Below the pieces are notes generated by a model. The model was not told the origin of the DNA. It did no database searches and was given only the letters and a program-made list of their open reading frames with translations. A stretch of DNA of 59,945 nucleotides, the filler included. It is 3 parts of 3 records of this genome, joined end to end, with 100 filler letters (N's around TTAATTAATTAA, not from the genome) between each part and the next. Parts side by side here need not be neighbours in the genome. Positions count along the whole stretch, not along the records: positions 36,560 to 59,945 come from SRR22947725_2207; 2 more parts are not named here. One strand, written 5' to 3'. Positions 47,437-58,430 of this stretch are shown here, in pieces. Every line of letters starts with the position of its first letter. Within the stretch, counting starts at the first letter, position 1. A program made the position numbers and the translations under genes.

Positions 47437-48888
47437 ATGAATTCAAAAAAATCAAGAAGAAGCTTCATAAAAAAAACATCAGCAGTTGGTGCTGGGTTTT
47501 TTATCGTTCCAAGAAATGTGTTGGGAGGAGTTGGCTATACGTCTCCAAGTGATCAACTAAATTTAGCTGCGATAGGTTCTGGCGGGAAGGGTATAAGTGA
47601 CATCGCCAACGCTTCAGTAAACGGCAGAGAAAGGGTGGCTGCGCTATGTGATGTTGACTTTTCCGGAAGCGCTTCTAGATCTGTTAAAAGATTTCCGAAA
47701 GCTAAATTGTATTCAGATTTTAGAGAAATGCTCGACAACGAAAAAGATATTGATGCCGTAACAATTTCAACACCAGACCATGTTCATGGTCCTGCTGCAG
47801 TTTATGCAATGGAAAGAAATAAACATGTATACGTTCAAAAACCAATAACACATAATATTCGCGAAGCTAGAATACTAACTGAGCTTGCTAGAAAACAAAA
47901 AGTTGTTACTCAGATGGGAAACCAAGGTGGATCAAATCCTTTATTAAAAATGGTTCAAAACTGGATTGATTCAGGAAAAGTCGGCAAAATCTCCGAGGTT
48001 AAAGTTTGGACCAACAGACCGGTTTGGCCGCAAGGAGTAAAAATGCAAACTCCCAACCCTAGCTTAAAACCTGATTCACTAGACTGGAATTTATGGCTCG
48101 GGCCTGCAAGGCAAAAACCATACACTCCAAACCTACACCCTTTCAATTGGAGGGGATGGTGGGAATACGGAACGGGTGCACTTGGTGATGTAGGTTGTCA
48201 TTTAATAGATATTCCTTTTAGAACATTAGGGTTAAAATATCCCAAAAGTGCTGAGTGTAGCGTTGGAAGTGTTTTTACCAAAATGTGGAATCCTGATTAT
48301 CATCCAGAAGGCTGTCCTCCATCTTCTTTAATTACTTTAAATTTTGATTCAACTGAAAAAAGCAAGAGTCCAATAGAGTTGACGTGGACAGATGGCGGAA
48401 TTAGACCTCCGCACCCAGACATTATACCAGCTGACAGTGATATTGGAGGGCCAGACAGTCAAAATGGAGTTCTAATGATTGGAGAAAAAGGCATTATTTC
48501 TACTAATATAAATGACAGCTCTCCGCTAACCCCTAAGCTTTATCTTTATGATGGACAGACAGAATTTGGGCCTGAAACGGAAGACATGCCTGAACCTGAA
48601 TATGGACACCAAAGAAAGTGGGTAGACGCCTGTAAAGCTGGTTTTAGAAGTAAAGAGCATCTTAATTTAACCTCATCATTTGATTACGCCGGCCCAATGA
48701 CCGAAACAGTTTTAATGGGTAATCTTGCAATTAGAAGCTACATGCTAAGAAATGAAAAATCTAACGGAGGTTTTGATTATTATGCAAGAAAAAAATTACT
48801 ATGGGACGGGGATAATATGAAAATTACAAATATTGAAGAAGCAAATCAATTTGTAACCAGAGAATATAGAGAAGGCTGGAAAATATAA
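47437..48888 (+). CDS. Tat-exported Gfo/Idh/MocA oxidoreductase
   Basis: SRRSFIK Tat motif, IGSGGKG, STPDHVH, HVYVQKP, GALGDVGCH. Confidence 0.92.
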   Translation: MNSKKSRRSFIKKTSAVGAGFFIVPRNVLGGVGYTSPSDQLNLAAIGSGGKGISDIANASVNGRERVAALCDVDFSGSASRSVKRFPKAKLYSDFREMLDNEKDIDAVTISTPDHVHGPAAVYAMERNKHVYVQKPITHNIREARILTELARKQKVVTQMGNQGGSNPLLKMVQNWIDSGKVGKISEVKVWTNRPVWPQGVKMQTPNPSLKPDSLDWNLWLGPARQKPYTPNLHPFNWRGWWEYGTGALGDVGCHLIDIPFRTLGLKYPKSAECSVGSVFTKMWNPDYHPEGCPPSSLITLNFDSTEKSKSPIELTWTDGGIRPPHPDIIPADSDIGGPDSQNGVLMIGEKGIISTNINDSSPLTPKLYLYDGQTEFGPETEDMPEPEYGHQRKWVDACKAGFRSKEHLNLTSSFDYAGPMTETVLMGNLAIRSYMLRNEKSNGGFDYYARKKLLWDGDNMKITNIEEANQFVTREYREGWKI

Positions 48889-48924
48889 CATTAAATTGGC
48901 ACTGTTTTTGACACTATTTTGAAA

Positions 48925-49260
48925 ATGAAAACAAATCTTTTTTGTCTTTTTTTTATAATCAGTTTTAGCTCAATTACTGCGCAAAAAATTTATTCTACTA
49001 ACCAGCCATATAAAGCAGATATTAAAGTTTTTGTTGTCGAAAATGAGTACCAGGCTGATTTAAAAGTGTACAAAGTTTCTCGAGCTTATGAGGCAAAGAA
49101 AAACTCAGGCTTATGGTATTTTTCTAACACTCCTTATGATTCTGACAAAAAAATTTATTTCTGTGAAAACGAATATGAAGCTGATTTAAAAGTCTTTTTT
49201 GTTGATTATAAGTATCAAGCTAAATGGAAAAGTTCTGAGAAAAAATTCCTGTTATATTAA
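48925..49260 (+). CDS. DUF6150-like secreted protein with internal repeats
   Basis: Repeated Y.AD(I/L)KV(F/Y).V motif, GLWYF. Confidence 0.7.
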   Translation: MKTNLFCLFFIISFSSITAQKIYSTNQPYKADIKVFVVENEYQADLKVYKVSRAYEAKKNSGLWYFSNTPYDSDKKIYFCENEYEADLKVFFVDYKYQAKWKSSEKKFLLY

Positions 49261-49285
49261 TTTTTTTTGAAAGAATACTCATAAA

Positions 49286-50005
49286 ATGAAACCGTATCAA
49301 AATCAAAACTCCTCTAAAAAAAAGCAAGTTGAAAAAATGTTTGATTCAATTTCATTTGAATATGATAACCTTAACAGGTTAATTTCAGCAGGAAATGATG
49401 TTAAATGGAGAAAAAATATTTACAAAATAGCCGAACGTTTAAACCCTGTAGACATTTTGGATATTGCCACAGGAACAGCGGACATAGCGCTAGAGCTTTC
49501 TAAAATAAAAGGATCAAAAATAACTGGTTTAGATATTTCTGAAAAAATGCTAGATGTAGGAAGACAAAAAGTGACAGAGAGGAGTCTTGAAAATAAGGTT
49601 TCTTTAGTTTCTGGAGATGCTGAAAACTTAAGTTTTTCTAAAAACACATTTGATCTTATATCAATTGGCTTTGGTGTAAGAAATTTTCAAAACCTTGAAA
49701 AAGGTCTTTTAGAAAGTTTTAGGGTCTTAAGAGAAGGTGGAACTTTAATTGTTTTGGAAACGTCAGTTCCTCAAAACAGACTTGTAAAGTTATTTTATTT
49801 GCTTTTTAGTCGAACTTTTATTCCTTTGGTTGGTTTTCTTTTCTCAAAAGACAAAAAAGCTTACAAATACCTACAAAAGTCAGCAGAAGAATTTCCAAGC
49901 GGAGAAAGTTTTAGTCAAATTTTAAAATCTTGTGGCTTTAAAAATGTTCATATAATGCCACTTATGCTTGGAGCCTCGTCAATTTATGTTGCTAAAAAAC
50001 ACTGA
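49286..50005 (+). CDS. ubiE: Demethylmenaquinone methyltransferase (MenG/UbiE)
   Basis: VEKMFDSI..YDNLN, LDIATGTAD, FGVRN, YKYL..S. Confidence 0.92.
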   Translation: MKPYQNQNSSKKKQVEKMFDSISFEYDNLNRLISAGNDVKWRKNIYKIAERLNPVDILDIATGTADIALELSKIKGSKITGLDISEKMLDVGRQKVTERSLENKVSLVSGDAENLSFSKNTFDLISIGFGVRNFQNLEKGLLESFRVLREGGTLIVLETSVPQNRLVKLFYLLFSRTFIPLVGFLFSKDKKAYKYLQKSAEEFPSGESFSQILKSCGFKNVHIMPLMLGASSIYVAKKH

Positions 50006-51063
50006 TGAAAAACAATACAAAAAAAGTTTCTAACAACAGCTTTTTTGAAGTCATAAATAATCTTCTTAAAAAAAAAGACTCTTTCATTTGTTCTCGCCTT
50101 CCCGGTTCAAAACAGGTTAATCTTAACTCTGGAATTGTAACAAAACTAAAGCGCTCAGAAATACAAGACAATGGAATCTTTGTAATGCCATTTATTGAAA
50201 AAAATTTAGGTTGGATGTTAAGTCCTTCTTTAAATTACGAAACGATTATTGAAAAAAAATTAAATTCAAAAAACAATAATTTTTTGAACGTAAAAGACCT
50301 TGTCAAAAATGAAGAAAAGGAAAACTATACTCGTTCTGTTAAAAATTTAATAAAAGAAATTGATAAGGGAAAATTGTCAAAAATAGTATTCTCGAAAAAA
50401 ATAACTTTAAAGCGTCCTAATTCAAATTGTGTTTCAATTTTTAAAAACATTCTTGATTCATACAATGATGCTTTCTGTTATTTCTTTTACACCCCAAAAG
50501 AAGGTGTTTGGTTGGGCGCTAGTCCAGAGCTTTTATTTAAAAAAGAAAAAAACTCTATTTTAACTATGGCTTTAGCAGGAACAAAATTCAATATTAGTTC
50601 AGAGTGGGGAGATAAAGAATATTCTGAACAAAAAATAGTTCAAGATGAAATAATTGAAAACCTTAGCCCCTTGTGCTCTTCTCTTTCGCTTGGAGAAACA
50701 GAGACGGTTTCTGCGGGAAAAATACAACACTTAAAAACAAGTTTTGAAGGAACAACCCAAGCCTCAACTATTAAACTTATTAATGCTCTTTTTCCTTCTT
50801 CTGCAATAGCTGGTTTCCCAAGAAAAACTGCCTTAAAATTGATTTCAAAGCATGAGTTACATGAAAGATCTTTTTATTCTGGTTTCATTGGAGCGTGTAA
50901 AGGCAATGGCTCTTCTTTTTTTGTAAATTTAAGATGTCTTAATGTTAAAGATGACAAAATATCACTTTATGTCGGGTCTGGAATAACAAAAGATAGCGAC
51001 CCAGACAATGAATGGATGGAAATTTTAAAAAAATCTGAAACAATGTTAAATGTTATTTTTTAA
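50005..51063 (+). CDS. menF: Isochorismate synthase
   Basis: WLGASPELL, MALAGT, KE..EQ, ERSFYSGF, FVNLRC, GSGIT..S....EW.E; men cluster context. Confidence 0.85.
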   Translation: MKNNTKKVSNNSFFEVINNLLKKKDSFICSRLPGSKQVNLNSGIVTKLKRSEIQDNGIFVMPFIEKNLGWMLSPSLNYETIIEKKLNSKNNNFLNVKDLVKNEEKENYTRSVKNLIKEIDKGKLSKIVFSKKITLKRPNSNCVSIFKNILDSYNDAFCYFFYTPKEGVWLGASPELLFKKEKNSILTMALAGTKFNISSEWGDKEYSEQKIVQDEIIENLSPLCSSLSLGETETVSAGKIQHLKTSFEGTTQASTIKLINALFPSSAIAGFPRKTALKLISKHELHERSFYSGFIGACKGNGSSFFVNLRCLNVKDDKISLYVGSGITKDSDPDNEWMEILKKSETMLNVIF

Positions 51064-51099
51064 CAACTTTTGTTTTCATTTTCTAAATTTGTTTCACAA

Positions 51100-52860
51100 A
51101 TGATGTATCCAAAAATTAATTCCGCTCAAACGATTATTCTTTATTGTGAAAAGTTTGAGTTTTTCAATATTGTAATTTCTCCAGGATCAAGGAACGCTCC
51201 CTTAGTTATTGGCTTTGCCTCTAATAAAAAATTTGACTGTTATAGTGTTGTGGATGAGCGATCTGCTGGATTTTTTGCTTTAGGCATGTCACAGCAAACG
51301 CAAAAACCCACCGTTTTAATCTGTACATCTGGATCTGCACTTCTTAACTATTACCCCGCAGTTGCAGAAGCCTATTATAGCGACATCCCTTTAATTATTA
51401 TTTCAGCTGATAGGCCTGGTTATAAAATAGGAATTGGCGACGGACAAACAATTCAACAAAGAAATGTTTTTGGAAATCATGTTGTTGACTTTAAAAACTT
51501 GGTTCAAGATGTTAATCATAGCGCTGATTCTATTCTGGAGAGCAACAGTCAAAGCTTAATTCCTGATTCGTTAAATACAACTAGGCTATTAAAACTTCAA
51601 AAAAAAATTCAAAGCTCTAATGAAAAAATAATTGCTAATTTGTTTGCAAAAACTTTAGAATTTTCAAAACCCGTTCATCTTAATGTTCCGCTTGAAGAGC
51701 CTTTGTCCGATTTTGTAAACCAACCTTCAATTGAAGTTAAAAGCAAAATAAAATATAGTTTAGAAAACAATGATCTTACTGTTTTTGACAACCCTCTTAT
51801 AAAAGGCTACAAAAAAATAATGATTCTTTTGGGTTGTGCCGATAAAGAAGTGCTGAGTCAGAATGTAATACATGAACTGTCAGGCTTTGAAAACATAGCA
51901 GTACTAAAAGAAACTACTTCAAACATAAATAACGCCTCTTTTTTTGGCAAAATAGATCAACTAATTGCGCCTATTGAACTTTCTAAAAACAGCTCTGATT
52001 TGTTCAATAAATTAAAACCAGAACTACTGATTACAATCGGGGGAATGGTCATCTCAAAAAAAATAAAAACAATGTTAAGAGCATATAGGCCAATTGCTCA
52101 TATTCATTTGGGGCATAATAATGCTAAAGACACATTTTATTCAGGTGTGGAACATTTTAAAATTAATCCCGACTTGTTTTTGAAAACGTGTTTAAAGAAA
52201 CTTGCCTTAAACCATAACTATAAAGAACTGTGGAATGATCTTTCAAAAAAAAGAGCCCTAGCTCACAAAAAGTATATTAAAAACTCTCCATTTAGTGATC
52301 TAAAAGTTTTTTCTCAGCTTGAGTGTAAAATTCCACTTAATTATAATATCCAAGTTTCTAACAGCTCAACCATTCGTTACATGCAATTATTTGACTTTGA
52401 TAAGTTTTCTAAAGTTAATTGTAACAGAGGAACTAGCGGAATAGACGGAAGTACATCCACTGCCGTTGGAGCTTCTGTTAAATCAATAACCCCAACTCTT
52501 TTGATAACTGGAGATTTAAGTTTTTTCTACGACGCTAACGGATTGTGGAACTCTCATATAAAATCTAATTTTAGAATTATAGTGTTAAACAATAATGGAG
52601 GTGGGATTTTTAAAATTTTACCAGGCTACAAAAACAATCTAATTTCAGCTGAGTTTATTGAAACAAGACACAAATTAACAACAAAACACTTGGCTAAAAT
52701 GCACAGGTTTGATTATTTAAAAGCAACCTCTGAAATTGGATTAAGATGGAGGCTTAAAACGTTTTTTAACAAGTCTTGTAAGCCAAAAATTTTAGAAATA
52801 CACACAAACTCAGATTTAAGTTCAGATTTGCTAAAAAAATATTTTATTAATTTGAAATAA
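51100..52860 (+). CDS. menD: SEPHCHC synthase (start probably ATG 51100/51103 rather than TTG 51070)
   Basis: ISPGSRNAPL, DERSAGFFALG, CTSGSA, NRGTSGIDG, GDLSFFYD; TAAATTTG promoter-like element at 51084-91. Confidence 0.93.
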   Translation: MMYPKINSAQTIILYCEKFEFFNIVISPGSRNAPLVIGFASNKKFDCYSVVDERSAGFFALGMSQQTQKPTVLICTSGSALLNYYPAVAEAYYSDIPLIIISADRPGYKIGIGDGQTIQQRNVFGNHVVDFKNLVQDVNHSADSILESNSQSLIPDSLNTTRLLKLQKKIQSSNEKIIANLFAKTLEFSKPVHLNVPLEEPLSDFVNQPSIEVKSKIKYSLENNDLTVFDNPLIKGYKKIMILLGCADKEVLSQNVIHELSGFENIAVLKETTSNINNASFFGKIDQLIAPIELSKNSSDLFNKLKPELLITIGGMVISKKIKTMLRAYRPIAHIHLGHNNAKDTFYSGVEHFKINPDLFLKTCLKKLALNHNYKELWNDLSKKRALAHKKYIKNSPFSDLKVFSQLECKIPLNYNIQVSNSSTIRYMQLFDFDKFSKVNCNRGTSGIDGSTSTAVGASVKSITPTLLITGDLSFFYDANGLWNSHIKSNFRIIVLNNNGGGIFKILPGYKNNLISAEFIETRHKLTTKHLAKMHRFDYLKATSEIGLRWRLKTFFNKSCKPKILEIHTNSDLSSDLLKKYFINLK

Positions 52861-52909
52861 ACATAAGTTCTGAAGGTTTAGAAAGCATTATATTTAATAA
52901 ATTTTTACT

Positions 52910-53728
52910 ATGAAAGCAGTTTGGGAGAAAATTAAAAGCTATTCAGATATTAAATTTGAATTATACAATGGAGTGGCTAAAATCACTATTAATAGGCCGA
53001 AAGTGTACAACGCTTTTAGACCTGAAACTAATATTCAAATGCTAGAGGCAATTGATGTTTGTAGAGAAAGGAATGATATAGATATTGTTGTTTTTACTGG
53101 TGAAGGTGAAAAAGCTTTCTGCAGTGGTGGGGATCAAAACGTGAAGGGCTCTGGGGGTTATATTGGAAAAGACGGTGTTCCTAGGCTAAACGTTTTGGAT
53201 TTACATAAAAAAATTAGAGAAATTCCAAAGCCAGTGATTGCAATGGTTAACGGCTTTGCGATAGGAGGAGGACATGTGCTACACGTTGTATGTGATCTTA
53301 CGATTGCAAGTGAAAATGCGGTTTTTGGGCAAACAGGGCCTAAAGTTGGCAGCTTTGACGGTGGGTTTGGTTCGTCATATTTAGCTCGTCACGTAGGACA
53401 AAAAAAGGCTAGAGAAATATGGTTTTTATGCGAACAATATTCTGCAAAAGAAGCTCAAGAGATGGGAATGGTAAACAAAGTTGTCCCTTTAAAAGATTTA
53501 GAAAATACCGTTTTGGAGTGGTGTTCTATAATGCAAAAAAGAAGTCCGCTTGCTTTAAGAATGATTAAAAGAAGTTTAAACGCAGAGCTGGATGGTCAAC
53601 ACGGACTAATGCAATTAGCTGGTGACGCTACTCTTTTATATTATTTAACCGAAGAAGCTCAAGAAGGCAAAACCGCTTTTCTTGAGAAAAGAAGCCCTGA
53701 CTTTAAAAAATATCCTAAATTTCCTTAA
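52910..53728 (+). CDS. menB: 1,4-dihydroxy-2-naphthoyl-CoA synthase
   Basis: [37 protein letters not shown]. Confidence 0.96.
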   Translation: MKAVWEKIKSYSDIKFELYNGVAKITINRPKVYNAFRPETNIQMLEAIDVCRERNDIDIVVFTGEGEKAFCSGGDQNVKGSGGYIGKDGVPRLNVLDLHKKIREIPKPVIAMVNGFAIGGGHVLHVVCDLTIASENAVFGQTGPKVGSFDGGFGSSYLARHVGQKKAREIWFLCEQYSAKEAQEMGMVNKVVPLKDLENTVLEWCSIMQKRSPLALRMIKRSLNAELDGQHGLMQLAGDATLLYYLTEEAQEGKTAFLEKRSPDFKKYPKFP

Positions 53729-53738
53729 TAATTAAATA

Positions 53739-54665
53739 TTGTTTTTGAAAAATACTTCGTTACTAAAAGCATGGATTTCTGCAGCTAGAATCAGAACGCT
53801 TCCACTTTCTGTTTCAGGGATTTTAATTGGTTCTTCTTATGCGTATTTTTCAGAAAAATTTACATTTTCTGTTTTTTTTATTGCAATTCTAACTACCATC
53901 TCATATCAATTACTCTCAAATTTTGCAAATGACTACGGTGATGGTGTAAAAGGCACTGACGACAATAGAATAGGCCCAAAAAGAACCGTACAATCTGGGC
54001 TAATATCTCGTGTTTTAATGAAAAAAGGTGTGATTGTTTTGTCTTTAATTTCTTCATTTTTAACACTAACGCTTATCATTCTAGCTTTTGGATTAAACTC
54101 TTTTCACGTTTTAATTTTTGCTGCATTAGGTGGGCTAGCAATTTTCTCAGCCATTAAGTATACTGTTGGGAAATTTGCATATGGATATTTTGGGCTAGGT
54201 GATTTATTTGTTTTTATTTTCTTTGGATTAATAAGTGTTTTAGGATCAAATTTTTTATTTGACTCTGTTTTGGAATTCAAATTATTAAGCCCGTCAATTG
54301 TACTAGGTCTACTAAGTGTTGGGGTTTTAAATTTAAACAACATGCGGGATATACAAAACGATGCTGAATGTAGCAAAAAAACACTTGCTGTTGTGTTGGG
54401 CACACAAAAAGCAAAACTTTACCACCTTTTTATTACAAGTTTTGCTCTTTTATTAATTTGCCATTTTCAATACAAATTAAATATTTCTTCTAATTCTCTT
54501 AATTTCCTTTTAATCATAAATTCATTAGGTCTGATTTTTCATATGGTTAAGGTTCATAAAGTCTCTAGCCCAAAGGAATATGATAAGTATCTTAAAGTTT
54601 TGGCTTTACATGCGTTTCTTTTTTCTGTTTTGATTTCTTTATACTTTTTTAAGATTGTAATCTAA
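53739..54665 (+). CDS. menA: DHNA octaprenyltransferase
   Basis: RIRTLPLS, NFANDYGDGVKGTD, NLNNMRD. Confidence 0.93.
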   Translation: MFLKNTSLLKAWISAARIRTLPLSVSGILIGSSYAYFSEKFTFSVFFIAILTTISYQLLSNFANDYGDGVKGTDDNRIGPKRTVQSGLISRVLMKKGVIVLSLISSFLTLTLIILAFGLNSFHVLIFAALGGLAIFSAIKYTVGKFAYGYFGLGDLFVFIFFGLISVLGSNFLFDSVLEFKLLSPSIVLGLLSVGVLNLNNMRDIQNDAECSKKTLAVVLGTQKAKLYHLFITSFALLLICHFQYKLNISSNSLNFLLIINSLGLIFHMVKVHKVSSPKEYDKYLKVLALHAFLFSVLISLYFFKIVI

Positions 54666-55723
54666 TGAAAGCTTTTTATTTTAAACATATTTTAAACTTT
54701 CATAACCCTAGCGGAACTTCTAGAGGCGTATTAAACCAAAAAGAAAGTTGGTTTATTATTATTTATAGTGATAATAAAACTGGCATTGGAGAGTGTAGTT
54801 TAATAAAAGGATTAAGCCCTGATCCCAAAAACAACTTTGAGCAAACGCTAAAAAAAGTATGTGAAAATATTTCAGAAGGATATAATGCTTTGTCGCCTAG
54901 TTTAAATTCCTACCCTTCAATATTATTTGGGCTTGAAACTGCCTTTCGTTCATTGGAGTCCTCAGACCCTATGGAGCTTTTCCCCTCTGAATTTACAAAA
55001 AACCAAGCCTCTATTCCAATAAATGGATTAATCTGGATGGGGGGGATAAACTTTATGATCAATCAAATAAAAGAAAAAATTGATGCGGGGTTTGATTGCA
55101 TCAAAATTAAGATAGGTTCTCTTGATTTTAAAACAGAGATTGATCTAATTAAAAGCATTAGAAAAGAATATTCTTTAAAAGATTTGGAAATAAGAGTAGA
55201 TGCTAATTGCGCCTTTTCTTTTTCAGAATCTCTGGAAAAATTAAAAAAATTATCTGACTTTTCTATCCACTCTATAGAACAACCTATACAAACGCGGCAA
55301 TGGGAAAACATGGCGTTTTTATGTGAAAAATCTCCCCTTGCAATTGCTTTAGACGAGGAGCTAATAAACGTTTTGGACTCTGAAAAGCAGAAAATGATTG
55401 AATTAATTAATCCGGAATACATAATATTAAAACCCAGCCTTCTCGGAGGGTTAAAAAAATGTGAAGACTGGATTACTATTGCAAAAAATAGTAATGTAAA
55501 ATGGTGGGCGACTAGTGCGCTGGAAAGTAATATTGGACTTAATGCAATTGCTCAGTGGGTTTACAAAAAAACAACTAACATGAAACAAGGGCTTGGAACA
55601 GGGAAGCTTTTTTCTAACAATATTTCATCGCCTTACGTTATTAAAGAAGGACAGTTAAAATACTCTACAGAAAACAACTGGGATCTTTCGTTGTTTGATC
55701 ATCAAAAAAAATTATTACTATAA
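54665..55723 (+). CDS. menC: o-succinylbenzoate synthase
   Basis: SGTSRGVL, KIKIG, RVDAN, IEQP, IALDEEL, SALESNIGL. Confidence 0.92.
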   Translation: MKAFYFKHILNFHNPSGTSRGVLNQKESWFIIIYSDNKTGIGECSLIKGLSPDPKNNFEQTLKKVCENISEGYNALSPSLNSYPSILFGLETAFRSLESSDPMELFPSEFTKNQASIPINGLIWMGGINFMINQIKEKIDAGFDCIKIKIGSLDFKTEIDLIKSIRKEYSLKDLEIRVDANCAFSFSESLEKLKKLSDFSIHSIEQPIQTRQWENMAFLCEKSPLAIALDEELINVLDSEKQKMIELINPEYIILKPSLLGGLKKCEDWITIAKNSNVKWWATSALESNIGLNAIAQWVYKKTTNMKQGLGTGKLFSNNISSPYVIKEGQLKYSTENNWDLSLFDHQKKLLL

Positions 55724-56760
55724 TGAGTTCGCATTTTTACGATACTAATTTTAAATTAAATGGTGTTTCTTACTCATTAGAATCTTTATTGTCAACCTCA
55801 AAAATTAATCACAACTATCTTTTTCAATTTCTAAGAAGGTGGACTGACAAAAGTTCAACTGTAGAGTTACAAACCTCTGGATCAACAGGCGTTCCCAAAA
55901 AACTATACATGTCTAAAAGCAAAATGATTCTTTCAGCCAAAAGAACAGCTGCGTTTTTAAATTTACAATCTGGAAATAAAGCTCTTTGTTGCTTGCCTTT
56001 GGATTATATAGCGGGAAAAATGATGGTAGTAAGAGCTCTTGTTTTGGGGCTAGACCTTTACTTAATAAAGCCTTCAAAGAATCCTTTGAAAACATTTTCC
56101 TTTAGATTTGATTTTGTAGCATTTACACCATATCAATTGGAGCATTCTATACAGCACTTAGATAAAATCAAAACTCTTATTGTAGGTGGAGGGCCAATAA
56201 ACGAAAAAACAAAAAAAACTCTCTATAAAAAGAAAACCAATGTTTATGAGACTTACGGGATGACTGAAACAGTATCTCATGTTGCCTTAAAGCATGTCAG
56301 CCAAGGGGAACAAGAGTTTAAAGCGCTCAAAGGCGTTCGTTTTGAAACAAAAAATAATTGTCTTAAAATATTTTGCGATTCTATTTTAACAAAACCAATT
56401 GTAACCAACGATGTTGTAAACCTAGTCTCTGAAAAAAGATTTGTTTGGAAAGGAAGAGTAGACTTTGTTATTAATTCAGGTGCAATAAAAATTTATCCTG
56501 AAGAATTAGAAAAAAAACTAAGCCAAGCAATTTCAGTCCCCTTTGTTATTATAGGGGTGCCCGATGAAGAATTTGGAGAGAAAATTACAATTGTGTTTGA
56601 AGGAGAAACGCCACACAACTTTAAAGATTTGATTGAGGGCCTAGACTTTTTTGAGAAGCCAAAAAAAGTTTTTAATTTGGATGTCTTTCCGAGAAATAAT
56701 AACAAGGTGTTAAGAAGAAAAATTATTACAAAAATATTGAAGTTGTATGGATCAAACTAA
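55723..56760 (+). CDS. menE: o-succinylbenzoate--CoA ligase (short form)
   Basis: TSGSTGVPK, YIAGKMMVVRA, YGMTET, GRVDFVINSG. Confidence 0.88.
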   Translation: MSSHFYDTNFKLNGVSYSLESLLSTSKINHNYLFQFLRRWTDKSSTVELQTSGSTGVPKKLYMSKSKMILSAKRTAAFLNLQSGNKALCCLPLDYIAGKMMVVRALVLGLDLYLIKPSKNPLKTFSFRFDFVAFTPYQLEHSIQHLDKIKTLIVGGGPINEKTKKTLYKKKTNVYETYGMTETVSHVALKHVSQGEQEFKALKGVRFETKNNCLKIFCDSILTKPIVTNDVVNLVSEKRFVWKGRVDFVINSGAIKIYPEELEKKLSQAISVPFVIIGVPDEEFGEKITIVFEGETPHNFKDLIEGLDFFEKPKKVFNLDVFPRNNNKVLRRKIITKILKLYGSN

Positions 56761-57370
56761 AAGAGAAGAGTTTTGGAATACATTAACTCACTTTATAGGA
56801 ATAGTTTTAAGTCTTGTTGGCCTTCCGTTATTAATTTTTGCTAACAACAATTTATCTTCTTTTAGTCTTGCTAGTATTTTGTTTTTCGAATTTGGTTTGT
56901 TGTTTGTTTACATTTCGTCTACTCTTTATCATTACGTAGAAAACGTCGAACTTAAAAAAAAATTAAGAACATTAGACCACATAAGTATTTTTTATTTAAT
57001 CGCAGGTTCCTACGCCCCTATTTGCCTAATCACACTCTACAATGATTCTGGAATTGGGGTTTTTGTAGCGGTTTTAGCAATAATGTTTATAGGAACCTTT
57101 TTTAAGTTGTTCTATACTGGTAAATATGAAAAGTTTTCTCTTTTTTTATATCTAGCAATGGGATGGTTAATAATTTTTAAAATTAATACTCTTATTGATT
57201 TAATAGAATTTAATGGCTTGGCATTGATAGTAACAAGCGGATTACTTTATACTTTTGGAACTTTTTTTTATTCATCAAAAACAATAAAATATTCGCACGC
57301 CATTTGGCATTTATTTGTTCTTGGAGGTAGCGCCACTCACTTCTTTTTTGTTCTGTTTTTTGTTATATAA
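56747..57370 (+). CDS. Hemolysin III / PAQR family membrane protein (TrhA-like)
   Basis: EE..NTLTH, SSTLYH, LDHISIF.LIAGSY, HAIWHLFVLGG. Confidence 0.92.
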   Translation: MDQTKREEFWNTLTHFIGIVLSLVGLPLLIFANNNLSSFSLASILFFEFGLLFVYISSTLYHYVENVELKKKLRTLDHISIFYLIAGSYAPICLITLYNDSGIGVFVAVLAIMFIGTFFKLFYTGKYEKFSLFLYLAMGWLIIFKINTLIDLIEFNGLALIVTSGLLYTFGTFFYSSKTIKYSHAIWHLFVLGGSATHFFFVLFFVI

Positions 57371-57387
57371 ATCTTGTACCTTTAATT

Positions 57388-58428
57388 ATGACTATGAGAA
57401 ACTCAAGACGAAATTTTATAAAAAAAGGTGTTTTAGCAAGTGTTGCTTCAACATCTTCACTTTCTTTTACTAGCAATCTTTTAGATGACAAAATTATTGG
57501 TCACGGAGATTTTAAATTTAAATTAGACAAAAAGTGGAGCTCTCAAGACATCTATAAACATCCTGTTAATCATTGTCATGAAATGGTAATTGACCGTCGA
57601 AACAAGCTTTACATGACTACTACTCATGTTAAAAACAATATTTTAGTCTACAACAGAGATGGAAAAATTTTAGACTCTTATAATCTAAATCTGCCTGGCG
57701 CTCATGGCTTAACGCTTTCAAACGAGGGGGGAGATGAATTTTTATATGTCACCGATCCCGACAATAATAAATTTTGTAAAACAACTTTAAAAGGAGAAAA
57801 AATATTTGAATTTGAAGCCCCTAAAGAAATTTCAAAATACACATCAAAATCCATGTTTAAGCCAACAGAAATTACAGTGGCTTCAAATGGAGATTTCTAT
57901 GTAGCAGACGGATATGGCTTGGATTATATTATTCAATATGATTATTCGGGAAATTACATTCGTCATTTTGGTGGTCGCGGAGATAACGATAATCAATTCG
58001 ATTGTTGCCATGGCGTAACTATTGATACTAGAGATTCTAAAAATCCTTTTTTACTGATCACCTCAAGATCAAAAAACGAGTTTAAAAGGTTTACGTTGGA
58101 TGGAAGATGGATAGAAACAATTAAGATGCCTGGGTGCTATATTTGCAGGCCTGTAATTAAAGACGGTTATTTGGCTTTTGCTGTTATAGTTACAAAAGAC
58201 TGGGGAAGTTATGACGGAATGTTAGCTATTCTAGATAACAACTATAAGGTTATTTCTATGCCTGGTGGAAACTCTCCAAAATATATTGGCAATTTACTTC
58301 AACGACCAGTACACGATAATGTAAGTTTTAGAAATCCGCACGATGTTTGTATTGATGATGATTGGAATGTTTATGTTCCCCAATGGAACTCGGGAAAAAT
58401 ATTTCCAATTAAATTAACAAGAGTCTAA
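57388..58428 (+). CDS. Tat-exported NHL-repeat six-bladed beta-propeller protein
   Basis: SRRNFIK, GAHGL, FYVADGYG, CCHGV, PHDVCID. Confidence 0.85.
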   Translation: MTMRNSRRNFIKKGVLASVASTSSLSFTSNLLDDKIIGHGDFKFKLDKKWSSQDIYKHPVNHCHEMVIDRRNKLYMTTTHVKNNILVYNRDGKILDSYNLNLPGAHGLTLSNEGGDEFLYVTDPDNNKFCKTTLKGEKIFEFEAPKEISKYTSKSMFKPTEITVASNGDFYVADGYGLDYIIQYDYSGNYIRHFGGRGDNDNQFDCCHGVTIDTRDSKNPFLLITSRSKNEFKRFTLDGRWIETIKMPGCYICRPVIKDGYLAFAVIVTKDWGSYDGMLAILDNNYKVISMPGGNSPKYIGNLLQRPVHDNVSFRNPHDVCIDDDWNVYVPQWNSGKIFPIKLTRV

Positions 58429-58430
58429 TT

